Shown here: one piece after another, positions 10,819 through 20,464 of the stretch
How positions within the stretch are numbered: position 1 is the first letter of the stretch
How the letters are laid out: every line of letters begins with the position of its first letter
Assembly (NCBI GenBank): GCA_963848295.1
Contig: CAWKDB010000010.1
Location: forward strand, 4,736,001-4,800,000
Reading direction: 5' to 3'
Source: an uncultured delta proteobacterium
GTDB taxonomy: Bacteria > Myxococcota_A > Polyangia > Haliangiales > Haliangiaceae
Length of the DNA stretch: 64,000 nt
Translations under genes and position numbers: made by a program
The notes under the pieces: model-generated
The model's database searches: none
What the model saw: the letters and a program-made list of their open reading frames with translations, nothing else
Told to the model about the DNA's origin: nothing

Positions 10819-11931
10819 TCAGCCGTGGTGGTGCGGGTTCTTCGAACGGGTTTGCGCCATCAAGTAGTCGCGTTGTTCGCGGAGGTTCCACGGCAGCTGT
10901 TCGTAGACATCGTCGAACAGCGACTCGACCGGTGGCGCGTGCTTGCGATCCGACGCGGCGAGCGCATCGGTGATCTCTTGGTTGTAGCGATCGGAGATCT
11001 CCTTCTCCCATGCCTCGGCCCACAGCCCGCGATGCCGCAGGTAGCCGCGCAACCGATTGATCGGATCCTTCTTCTCCCAGATCAGCGGCTCGTTCGGATC
11101 GCGGTACACCGACGGATCGTCGGAGCTCGAGTGACCTTGCACGCGATACGTCAACGCTTCGATCAGCGTCGGCCCAGCGCCGGCACGCGCACGGTCGATC
11201 GCTTCGCTCGCGACTTGCCAGACCGCGAGCAGATCGTTGCCGTCGACGCGGATGCCGGGCATGCCGTAGCCGACCGCCTTGCTCGCGAACGACTTCGCCG
11301 CGGTTTGGGTCGAGCTCGGCACGCTGATCGCCCAGCCGTTGTTGCGGCACATGAAGATCACCGGCGCCTTCCATACCCCCGCGAAGTTCATCCCGACATG
11401 GAACTCGCCCGTCGACGACGTGCCCTCGCCGAAATACACCATCGCGACGTCGTCCTTGCCGAGCACCTTCGCGGCGTAGGCCGCGCCGACCGCCTGAGGG
11501 ATCTGGGTGCCGACCGGCGAGCTGATCGACACGAGATGCAACCAGTTCGCCGAGTGGTGCACCGGCATCTGCCGGCCTTTGATCGGATCGTCCTCGTTGC
11601 CGAACATCTGATCGACGAACTGTTGGACGGTATAGCCGCGCCAGAACCAGGCGCCCTGCTCGCGATAGCTCGGGAAGATCCAGTCGCTGTCGCGCAACGC
11701 TGCGACCGCGAAGTGGCTGGCCTCCTCGCCGATCGCCTTCATGTAGAACCCGAGCCGGCCTTGGCGCTGCAGCCGCATCATCCGGTCGTCCATGATGCGA
11801 ACCAGCATCATGTTGTCGAAGATCTTCTGAAGCGTGGCGTCCGGGATGCTCGGCACCTTCGCGCCGGGCAACGGTTTTCCGTCGTCATCGAGGACGCGAC
11901 GCAGATCGTCTTGCGCAGGGACAGCGACCAT
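10819..11931 (-). CDS. 2-oxoacid dehydrogenase E1 alpha subunit, copy 1
   Basis: LQRQGRLGFY, KGRQMPVH, GEGTSSTGEFH..NNGWAIS, HSSSDDP; directly upstream of E1beta. Confidence 0.95.
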   Translation of the reverse strand: MVAVPAQDDLRRVLDDDGKPLPGAKVPSIPDATLQKIFDNMMLVRIMDDRMMRLQRQGRLGFYMKAIGEEASHFAVAALRDSDWIFPSYREQGAWFWRGYTVQQFVDQMFGNEDDPIKGRQMPVHHSANWLHLVSISSPVGTQIPQAVGAAYAAKVLGKDDVAMVYFGEGTSSTGEFHVGMNFAGVWKAPVIFMCRNNGWAISVPSSTQTAAKSFASKAVGYGMPGIRVDGNDLLAVWQVASEAIDRARAGAGPTLIEALTYRVQGHSSSDDPSVYRDPNEPLIWEKKDPINRLRGYLRHRGLWAEAWEKEISDRYNQEITDALAASDRKHAPPVESLFDDVYEQLPWNLREQRDYLMAQTRSKNPHHHG

Positions 11932-11960
11932 GGCTCCTCCGAGCTTTAGGCCGGTTGGTG

Positions 11961-12229
<269 letters not shown>

Positions 12230-12233
<4 letters not shown>

Positions 12234-13006
12234 GACGCCGGTCGCTCGAGCCACGGCGCCTGCGCTGCATTCGCGATCGTCGGCGCGGTGCACGCGCGGA
12301 GGTACGTCCACATCCCGCCGTCGTAGCGGCACGGCAGCGACCACGCCTCGTCCGGCATCGTCGTGAGGTTGCCGTTGGCAAACCGGGTCAACCACCAGTA
12401 AGGCGGCCAGTCGAGCGACCACACGACCTGCGCGCGGACCGGGCGATTCGCGCGATCGCGACCTGGTTCGAAGGTCAGCTCGAACGCGGCGCGCACCGCG
12501 ATCGCATCGAGGTCATACCCCGGGCGATCGAGCAGCTTCACACGCGTGACGACGCCGGACGTCGAGACATCGAGCAGCAGCCAGGCACGTAGCCACGCGT
12601 TGTGATCGGTGGCGGCGGACGAGTACGCCGGGATCGTCGGTCGGTGCACCGGCTTCGGCATCACGGCAGGCGCGATCGCTTCACGTAGCTCGATCGCTTC
12701 GCCGGTGCTCGCCGCTCCGCTCGATGTGGTCGTGCCGCTGATCCTGAGGTCGCCGTAGACGTAGACGAACGCGGGCGCGTTGCTGACCTCGACGCGGTAG
12801 TCGCCGTGGCGATCGGTCTTGAGGGTGCGCTCGCCGGTGGTGCGCGAGGCGACGTGGACCTCGGCTCCCGCTCGCGCACGGCCTGCGCCATCGGTGACGC
12901 GGCCGGCGAGCTGACCATCGCCGGCGACGAAGCCGTGGACCTCACCATCGGCGACGGCGTTTCCGCCGAACGCGAGAGCTGCGGCGATCGCGAGTGTGAT
13001 TCGCAT
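12230..13006 (-). CDS. Secreted protein with carboxypeptidase-regulatory-like domain and TonB C-terminal-like domain
   Basis: Signal peptide; GRVTDGAGR..TDRHGDYRV; LLDVSTSGVVTRVKLL..GYDLDAIAVRAA..FEPG. Confidence 0.75.
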
Positions 13007-13140
13007 GAGTGAACTATCGCGCTGGCCACATCGCGATCCGCGAATCCGCGCTGACACCGGCTGCGCAGCCGTCGTTCGCGCGTCGCGCGTGGTGTCGCAC
13101 GCGCCTTGCTTGGCTGCTCGCTGCCGTGCAAAGTGCCGGA

Positions 13141-13761
13141 GTGATCTGGATCCTGCTCGTCGTGCTGACCATCATCGGCGGTGTCGCCGCGGTCGGCATC
13201 GCGGGCGGCGATCGCCGTAAGGCTCTCGCTGGCGGGGGCGCGAAGTTGCTAGCCGCGGGGAGCGACAAGCTGCTCGAGCGCACGGTCCACGACCTGCGCG
13301 TCGATGACGTCGTGACGATCGACGGCAAGGACTTCGTGTGCGAGGGTGCGATCGCGTACGACGAAGATGGCCATCGCTGGCTCGCGGGGCGTTGTGTCGA
13401 TGGCGCCGACGTTCGATGGATCGTGGTCGGCATCGAGCGCGCCGGCGGCGGGATTCGGCTGCTGGTCCAAGACGACGCGACGCAAGTCACCAGCTATCCG
13501 CCGGAGGCCCTCGTGATCGGCGCGACCCGATACGTGCTCGACAAGCGAGGCACCGCGACCTGCGAGCTGCGCGGCGATGTCGGTTCGCTCGGCGATCTGA
13601 AGAAGGATCGACCCGAGGGCCACGTCGAGCGCTGCCGGTGGTGGTTGTACTCCGCGCCGGGTGACGACACCGTGCTCGTCGAGCAATGGGGCGCGGACTT
13701 TCGCGTGCTCGTCGGCAAGAAGGTCGGCGACGCCGTGATCGAGCTGATCCCGGGCAGCTAG
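13141..13761 (+). CDS. Membrane-anchored DUF4178-like protein
   Basis: N-terminal TM; LRVDDVVTIDGKDFVCEG..YDEDGHRW..VLVEQWG pattern. Confidence 0.6.
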   Translation: MIWILLVVLTIIGGVAAVGIAGGDRRKALAGGGAKLLAAGSDKLLERTVHDLRVDDVVTIDGKDFVCEGAIAYDEDGHRWLAGRCVDGADVRWIVVGIERAGGGIRLLVQDDATQVTSYPPEALVIGATRYVLDKRGTATCELRGDVGSLGDLKKDRPEGHVERCRWWLYSAPGDDTVLVEQWGADFRVLVGKKVGDAVIELIPGS

Positions 13762-13768
13762 ATCCAAC

Positions 13769-14068
13769 GTCGACATTGACGTGAACTTGAACCTGAACTC
13801 CACCGTTGAGTTTGACGTCGACGAGCTATCACGATCTCCACACTCTTCGCGCCACCGCGCTTGACCGTTGTCGTCCGTGCCTTCAGGGGCCCTGACAGGC
13901 CTGGTTCGCGTACTTGATGCAGAGTAGCGCCTTGTCATGGTCCGAGCCGTGACCGTGGATCGAGCAAGAGTACTCATCTCGCCCGAGCGGCTCACTGATC
14001 ACAGTCATCGGTCCGTCGAGGTCGATGACCACGGTAGCGTTCAAGTTGAAGTTCAGGTCAACGTCAAT
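13769..14068. repeat. Imperfect inverted repeat (55-bp arms with 6-bp periodicity) around a ~190-bp core
   Basis: 13769-13823 versus reverse complement of 14014-14068 aligns without gaps at about 41/55 identity. Confidence 0.75.
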
Positions 14069-14091
14069 GACCCACGGACCACGCGAGGCAG

Positions 14092-15237
14092 CTAGCGCGG
14101 CAGGTCGAACGTGAACGTCGTGCCCTGGCCGACCTGCGACGCGACCTTGAGCTGACCGCCGTAGCTCTCGACGATCTCGCGCGCGACCGGCAGGCCGAGC
14201 CCGGTGCCGCGGTCTTCGCTCTTTGTCGTGAAGAACGGCGTGAAGATCTGCGCGAGCAGCTCGGGCGACATGCCGCTGCCGTTGTCGCGCACTTCGCATA
14301 CCGCACGTTTGCCGTCGCCGCTCGGCTTGACGGTCAGCGTGATCGCGCCGTTGTCGCCGATCGCGTCGACCGCGTTGACGAGCAGGTTGACGAGAATTTG
14401 CTCGATCCGCGTGCGGTTGACGGTGACGATCAGCGGCTCGGACCCGAGCTCCATCGCGAGCTCGATCCGGCCGAGCTTGCCGGCACCGCGCAACATCGTC
14501 GCGACGTCGCGCGCGACCGTGTTGAGATCGAGCTCGCCGACGTGATCCGGACCGGGTCGAGCGAGCTGCATCAGCCGTTGCCCGTGCGCGCTGATGTGCT
14601 CGCCGACGCGCTCGAGATCGGGCAGGATCTGGCGGGCGAGCGCTTCGATGTCCTCGTGCTCGGCGAGCGCGGTCTGCAGCTCGTCGACCGCGGCGACCTG
14701 GATCTGCGCGATGTTGCGGAGCTCGTGACCTACGCCGCCGGCGAGCGTGCCCAACGTCGCGCGCCGCTCGGCGAGCAGCAGCTGCTTGCGCGCGTCGTCG
14801 AGCTGCTGCTCGATCGAGGCCTTCGCCTTGCGCAGCTCGTCCTCGGCGCTGCGCCGCGCACCGATCTCGGCCTCCTTGTCGGCGAGGAGCTGGCGGATCT
14901 CGCGGATGTCGCGCGCGACCAACACGATCCCGACGAGCTCGCCCCGCGCGCCCATCACGGGCGAGCCGGTGACCGACACCGGGATGCGCTGCTTGCCGGT
15001 CGTGACGAGCCACGACTCCTCGCGCCGCAACACGTCGCCTTCTTCGATCCGGCGGCGCACGATCGTGCGCAGCCCGGAGCTCTCGTCGATCAGCAACTTG
15101 CCGACTTGCATGCCCTTCAACGCTTCGCGCGGATGCCCCGAGAGGTGCGACGCGGCGGTGTTCGCCATCGCGATGCGGCCATCGGCGTCGACGACGAGCA
15201 CCGCGTCAACCATCGCCTCGATCACGAACTCGACCAC
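14092..15237 (-). CDS. PAS-domain sensor histidine kinase
   Basis: PAS (DAVLVVDADGRIAMAN), H-box GHELRN, NLLVNAVDA, DNGSGM, FTPFFTTK, GTGLGL. Confidence 0.93.
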   Translation of the reverse strand: MVEFVIEAMVDAVLVVDADGRIAMANTAASHLSGHPREALKGMQVGKLLIDESSGLRTIVRRRIEEGDVLRREESWLVTTGKQRIPVSVTGSPVMGARGELVGIVLVARDIREIRQLLADKEAEIGARRSAEDELRKAKASIEQQLDDARKQLLLAERRATLGTLAGGVGHELRNIAQIQVAAVDELQTALAEHEDIEALARQILPDLERVGEHISAHGQRLMQLARPGPDHVGELDLNTVARDVATMLRGAGKLGRIELAMELGSEPLIVTVNRTRIEQILVNLLVNAVDAIGDNGAITLTVKPSGDGKRAVCEVRDNGSGMSPELLAQIFTPFFTTKSEDRGTGLGLPVAREIVESYGGQLKVASQVGQGTTFTFDLPR

Positions 15238-15277
15238 GGAGCGGTGACCGTAGCACGCGGCGCGCTACATTCGCGAC

Positions 15278-18200
15278 GTGGCCCGTTGCGCGACCTGTCA
15301 CCGCCGGCTCGATTCGGGACAGCCGTGTCCGGTCCACGGTGGGCTCGCGAGCGAGCCGTCGGCGCCGGATCCGGAACGTCCGGCGTGGCCCGAGGCGCTC
15401 GGCGATTGTCTCGGCTCGGGTGGGTTCGCCGCCGTGTGGGAGATCGAGATGGGCTCCGATCTCGGGCCCGCGCGCGTGCTCAAGCTCGCGCACGCGAATC
15501 ACGAGCTCGAGCGCGCGCGCATGGTGCGCGAAGCGGAGGCGATGGTCGCGATCGGCGCGCCGGCGGTGCCACGCGTGTTCGATGCTGGCGTCACCTCGGA
15601 TGGCCGCGCGTGGATCACGATGCAGCGGATCGCCGGCACGACGCTCGCCGACCTCACGATGAACGGCCCGTGTCGACCCGCCGAGGCGATCCAGCTCGGC
15701 ATCGCGATCCTCGACGCTCTCGTCGCGATCCACGCCGCGGGCTTCGCTCATCGCGACCTCAAGCCGGACAACCTCGTGCGCACGCCGAACGGCGCGGTCG
15801 TGATCCTGGACCTCGGGCTCGCGCGCAAGCTGCCGACCGATCCGGACGATCCGACGCGCGCCGGCGTCCAGGTCGGCTCGCTCGAGTACATGCCACCCGA
15901 GCAAGCGCGCGATTCCGCGACCGCCGACGAGCGCTCCGATATCTATGCGTTCGGTTGCGTGTTGTACGAGCTCGTGACCGGCCGGCCGCCGTTCCTCGGC
16001 GATGCCGCGGCGCTCGAGCGTGCACACCAGGCCTTGCGTCCACCGCCGGCGCGCGCGCTCGCAACCGTGTCGGCGGTGGTCGAGTCGCTGTGCCAGGACT
16101 GCCTCGCGAAGCGGCCCGAGCTGCGACCGACGAGCGCGGCGGCCCGCGCGCGGTTGATCGCGGCGCGCGACGAGCAATCGCCGGTGCAGATGACGCACTC
16201 GATGTCGATGATCCGCGAGGGCAAGCAGCCGGTCGTGCTGCTGTGGGCGGAGCTCCCGCGCGTCGATCGCGCGTTGCTCGGCCTCCTGGCCGCGCGCAAG
16301 CTGACGACCGCGTCGCAACGCGGCCGGCGCGTGCTCGCCGGTGCGCTCGCGACCGAGCACCCCGATCCGGCGGCGGCTGCAATCGCTGCGGCGCGCGAGC
16401 TCGTCGCCGCTGGCGCTCGGGTCGCGCTGCACCTCGATGCGGTCGGCGTCGGCTCGACCTCCGGGGTCACGACGTTGCACGGCGCGCCGGTCGAGCAGCC
16501 GGAGACTTGGCTGCCGACCGAGACGTGGACCGGCGTGGTCATGACCGGCGCGCTCGCGAGCGTCGCGCAGGTGCCGACGCGGCGCTTGCTCGGCAGCGAT
16601 CTCCACGCTCTCGCCGAACAGGGCGAGGTCGCCGAACTGTTCGGGCGCGAAGCATTGCTCACCGATCTCGTCGCCGATGCCGCCGCCGTGCTGCGCGCGC
16701 CCGGCGGTGTCGCCGCCGCGACGTGGAGCTCGCCGGGTCCTGCGTTCGCGCTCGCGATCGGCGACCCGGGCGCCGGCAAGACCGCGTTCGCGACCGAGCT
16801 CGCTCGCCGGTTGCGCGACCTCGGCGCGCGCGTTCACATCGGCGCGATCCCCGCGCCCGGATCGGGCAAGCCTGGAGCGTCCGCGTTCGCCGAGCTGATC
16901 GGCACGCCGGACGGCCCGATCGTGCGCGGCGTCGGCGATGCGCTGCGCGCGATCGCCCGGCGCGAACCGCTCGCGGTGATCGTCGACGATCTGCACTACG
17001 CCGATCACGATCTGCTCGATGCGCTCGAGTACGCGACGCTCGGCGGCGAGCCGTTGCGGTTCTGGTTGCTCGGCATCGCGGGCACGCGGCTCGAAGCGCG
17101 CCGCGTCGGCCTCGGCACGCGCGCCGATCGCCACCGCCGCGACGTCTTGGGCCCGCTCGACGACGACGCGGCGGTCGCGATGGCCACCGCGCTGCTCCGC
17201 CCCGCCGACTATCCGCCATTGCGCGCGCTGCGCCGCCTCACGAGCCTCGCGCACGGCAACCCGCTTCACCTGTCGATGCTCGTCAAAGAAGTCCACGGCC
17301 GCGGCGCGATTCGGCCGCGCCCGGGCGGTGGCTTCATGCTCGACACCAGCGCGCTCGACGACCTCGAGCCGATCGCGCTCGGGCCATGGCTCGCGGCGCG
17401 CCAGATCGCCGGCCTCGCACCCGAGGTCGTCGCGCTCGCGCGGGTGTGCGCGGTGCTCGGCGGCGAGCTGCGGCGCAGCGAGCTCGCCGCGGTGCTCGAA
17501 GCGGTCGAACGCCGTGGCGGAGCGACGACGACCGTGGATCTCGACGTCGGCCTCCGCGAGCTCGTCGGTGCCGGCGTGCTAGTCGCGAACGAAGGCGGTT
17601 GGCGGTTCGCGCAGCCGCTCGTCGAGGACGGGCTGTACGCGACGACCGACGACGCGGAGCGCCGCGCGATCCACGAGGCGGCGCTCGAGCTGCTCCGCAC
17701 ACGGCCGCTCGTCGAGCCCGGGGTCGCCGAGCGCGTCGCGGCCCATGCCGAGGCGGTCGGTACGCGCGCGGTCGCTGCCGAAGCGTTCGCCATGATCGGC
17801 GAAGTCGCCGAGCGCGAGCATCGCGCTCTCGAGGCCGACCAAGCGTTTTCGGGCGCCGTGCGCAACCTCGACGCCGGCGTTGCTCGTGCGTGCGTACTCC
17901 TCGGCCGAGGTCGTGCGCGATATCGGCTACAACGTATGCGGGATGCGCTCGACGACTTCGCTGCAGCCCGTGCGATTGCGGCCGACTGCCAGAACGTCGA
18001 GCTCGAGCTGGCGATCCTGACCGAGCAAGCGACTGCCTACGACTGGAGCGATGACTACGCGCGTTCCGCCGGGATTGCAGCGGAGATTCGCCAGCGCCGC
18101 ACCGATGTCGGCGTTGCGTCATTTGCGCCCGAGCTCGCGCTCGCGGAGGCCCGCATCGTCTACCGCAACGCAAAGTACGCGGACGCCGTCCCGCTCTTGC

Positions 18201-18964
18201 AGGCGGCCCTCGAGCTCGCGAAGAACAGCTCACGGGTCGAGACCGAGACCGTCGCCTCGGTACTTCTCGCGCCCGCGCTCGTAGAGGCAGGTCGGTTATC
18301 CGAAGCGGAGGTCGCGTTCGAGCACGTCATCCGATTGTGCACGGAGCGCGGCGATCGCTTTCATCTCGGCGCAGCCTACGCGAACCGCACGTGGCTATGG
18401 GCCGCGCGCGGTGAGCTCGACAGGGTCGCCGTTGATCTTGGACTCGTGATCCAGCTCGCGCGCGAAGATGGTCAAGCTAGTCTTGAGCGCATCGCGACCT
18501 ATAACCTCGCCGAGGAGATGTTGTGGCAGGGAAGGTTGGATGGCGCGCTCCAACTCGCCCGCCGCGCCCTGTCTTTGCAGCAAAGCCATGGTGAGGGCAC
18601 GGTCTGGCCCGACCAACTGATCCTCGCTCGGACACTCGCCGCACGCGGCGACGATCGCGAGCTTCTCTCGCTGTTGGAGTCGATCGACGCCACCGCACTG
18701 AGCGATGAGCCATCCGCCATTTTCGCGGTGCTTCGTTGTGCCGCCGAGCGGCGAGACGCCGCTGCGTGGAGTGCCGCGATACATCGCGCCTATCGATTCG
18801 TCGTCGATCCGCTCAAGGTCGAGCTTGCCAACCTCGCAGCAGCACATGGCGCGCTCGCGGCCGATGATCGCGCCAACGCGCTCGCCCTGGCACAGCAGCA
18901 TCCGGTGTGGTCGCGGCGGATTCGCGAGCTAGCGCTGTTTGACGAAGTTTCGGTGTCGACGTAA
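15278..18964 (+). CDS. Ser/Thr kinase - STAND/AAA ATPase - TPR-like multidomain protein
   Basis: GSGGFAAV, HRDLKPDN, DLG, YMPPEQ; Walker A GDPGAGKT, Walker B VIVDDLH, GNPLHL; helical TPR-like C-terminus. Confidence 0.9.
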   Translation: MARCATCHRRLDSGQPCPVHGGLASEPSAPDPERPAWPEALGDCLGSGGFAAVWEIEMGSDLGPARVLKLAHANHELERARMVREAEAMVAIGAPAVPRVFDAGVTSDGRAWITMQRIAGTTLADLTMNGPCRPAEAIQLGIAILDALVAIHAAGFAHRDLKPDNLVRTPNGAVVILDLGLARKLPTDPDDPTRAGVQVGSLEYMPPEQARDSATADERSDIYAFGCVLYELVTGRPPFLGDAAALERAHQALRPPPARALATVSAVVESLCQDCLAKRPELRPTSAAARARLIAARDEQSPVQMTHSMSMIREGKQPVVLLWAELPRVDRALLGLLAARKLTTASQRGRRVLAGALATEHPDPAAAAIAAARELVAAGARVALHLDAVGVGSTSGVTTLHGAPVEQPETWLPTETWTGVVMTGALASVAQVPTRRLLGSDLHALAEQGEVAELFGREALLTDLVADAAAVLRAPGGVAAATWSSPGPAFALAIGDPGAGKTAFATELARRLRDLGARVHIGAIPAPGSGKPGASAFAELIGTPDGPIVRGVGDALRAIARREPLAVIVDDLHYADHDLLDALEYATLGGEPLRFWLLGIAGTRLEARRVGLGTRADRHRRDVLGPLDDDAAVAMATALLRPADYPPLRALRRLTSLAHGNPLHLSMLVKEVHGRGAIRPRPGGGFMLDTSALDDLEPIALGPWLAARQIAGLAPEVVALARVCAVLGGELRRSELAAVLEAVERRGGATTTVDLDVGLRELVGAGVLVANEGGWRFAQPLVEDGLYATTDDAERRAIHEAALELLRTRPLVEPGVAERVAAHAEAVGTRAVAAEAFAMIGEVAEREHRALEADQAFSGAVRNLDAGVARACVLLGRGRARYRLQRMRDALDDFAAARAIAADCQNVELELAILTEQATAYDWSDDYARSAGIAAEIRQRRTDVGVASFAPELALAEARIVYRNAKYADAVPLLQAALELAKNSSRVETETVASVLLAPALVEAGRLSEAEVAFEHVIRLCTERGDRFHLGAAYANRTWLWAARGELDRVAVDLGLVIQLAREDGQASLERIATYNLAEEMLWQGRLDGALQLARRALSLQQSHGEGTVWPDQLILARTLAARGDDRELLSLLESIDATALSDEPSAIFAVLRCAAERRDAAAWSAAIHRAYRFVVDPLKVELANLAAAHGALAADDRANALALAQQHPVWSRRIRELALFDEVSVST

Positions 18965-19138
18965 GGCCGCGAGACAGCACTCGCTCCGGTACGGGCGGCA
19001 GGTCGCACTATGGGGCATATACGGACGCGATGACCGACTTGCTGCCGTGACGCGTGGGGTGTGCGCGACACCCACGTCGGCGCTACTCAGATACGTCGCG
19101 CATGAACGCAAGGAGAGTTACGCTATTAAGGACCATCG

Positions 19139-20353
19139 ATGAGTGACAGTCGTCGCCGCAAGCAAAGCACGAGCGCAGCACAAGCGTTGATCGGAAGCGA
19201 GACCCCGTTCGTGGCCGGCTATCGCATCGAGCGAATGCTCGGCGAAGGCGGCTTCGGTCAAGTCTGGCGCGCGGAACGCGAGGACGGGAGCCTCGTCGCG
19301 ATCAAGATACTCCACCCGGAGCTCGTGCGATCGATCGACGCGATGACGAGGTTCGAACGCGAGCTGTCTGCGATCGAACGCCTCGATCACCGCAATGTCG
19401 TGCGCGCGTACGATCACGGCGCCCTGCCCGATGGCCGGCCGTTCCTCGTGCTCGAGTACATCGAGGGTCCGAGCTTGCGCGACGTGATCAACGAGCGCGG
19501 CGCCCTCGCTCCGCGCGACATGCTCGCGATCCTCGAGCCGCTATGCGAAGCATTGTCGGCGGCGCATGCGCAGGGGCTCGTACATCGCGATGTCAAGGCG
19601 TCGAACGTGATCATCGGTCACGACGCACAAGGCCCGCGGCCGGTCCTCCTCGATTTCGGGCTCGTCAAGCTGCTCGATCAAGCGGGCCCGGGCCTCACCT
19701 CGTCGCGCAACATGCTCGGCACGCCGGCTGCGATGGCGCCGGAGCAACTGCGCGGACAACCCGTCGATGCGCGCACCGACGTCTACGCGCTCGGTCTGCT
19801 CGCCTATCACATGCTCACCGCGGCGCCCGCCTACGGCGGTGGCCCGGGCGTCGTGCAGACCTATCTACAAGTCAGCGGTCCGAGGCCGCGCCCGTCGAGC
19901 AAGGTCGATATCGATCCGGCGATCGACGTGCCGATCGGCCGCGCGCTGACCAGCGATCCAGCGGGTCGGTTCGCGCACGCGATCGAGCTAGCCGAAGCGT
20001 TGCGCCAAGTGATCGCGCCAACCGGCGCCGGAGCCGAGCAAGACGTCGTCGCGATCTACATCGAAGCGCAGCCCTCCGAGATCGCGCGCCTCACCGCCGC
20101 GGCGACCGAAGCCGGGATGACGATCGCGGTTGCGGCGCCGGATAGCATGCTCGCCGTCGCCGGCAGAGATCGCGATCTGTCCGCCGTTCGGACACGGCTT
20201 ATCGAAGTGGCAAACGGCGGCGCGCGCGTTGCGATGGGGATCACCCGTGCGTCCATATGCGGCAGTGTCGTTGATGGACCTGCCCTCGATGTCGAAGGCT
20301 GGGCCAACTACCCGCTTGATGTCGGCTTCTGGATCGCACCTGAGCTGACGTAG
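19139..20353 (+). CDS. Ser/Thr protein kinase
   Basis: GEGGFGQV, VAIK, HRDVKASN, DFG, MAPEQ, DVYALG. Confidence 0.93.
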   Translation: MSDSRRRKQSTSAAQALIGSETPFVAGYRIERMLGEGGFGQVWRAEREDGSLVAIKILHPELVRSIDAMTRFERELSAIERLDHRNVVRAYDHGALPDGRPFLVLEYIEGPSLRDVINERGALAPRDMLAILEPLCEALSAAHAQGLVHRDVKASNVIIGHDAQGPRPVLLDFGLVKLLDQAGPGLTSSRNMLGTPAAMAPEQLRGQPVDARTDVYALGLLAYHMLTAAPAYGGGPGVVQTYLQVSGPRPRPSSKVDIDPAIDVPIGRALTSDPAGRFAHAIELAEALRQVIAPTGAGAEQDVVAIYIEAQPSEIARLTAAATEAGMTIAVAAPDSMLAVAGRDRDLSAVRTRLIEVANGGARVAMGITRASICGSVVDGPALDVEGWANYPLDVGFWIAPELT

Positions 20354-20464
20354 GTACGCGGCACACCGACGGAATTCGGCTCCGGTCGACTACGAGTTCC
20401 TTGCATCCCACCCGAGCGACGCGTCATCTTGGTGATGGTCGCTCTTTTCCTTGGGAGGTACGCG

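Noticed and set aside
15287..15340. CATCH as a heme c motif in the STAND kinase
   Set aside because: Cytoplasmic protein with no signal peptide; CxxC..CPxHG is a zinc-ribbon pattern
14398..18054. Very long alternative-frame ORFs (also 3097..5067, 9829..11949, 15206..17296, 37888..39999)
   Set aside because: Arg/Ala-rich shadow frames typical of high-GC DNA, overlapping well-supported genes
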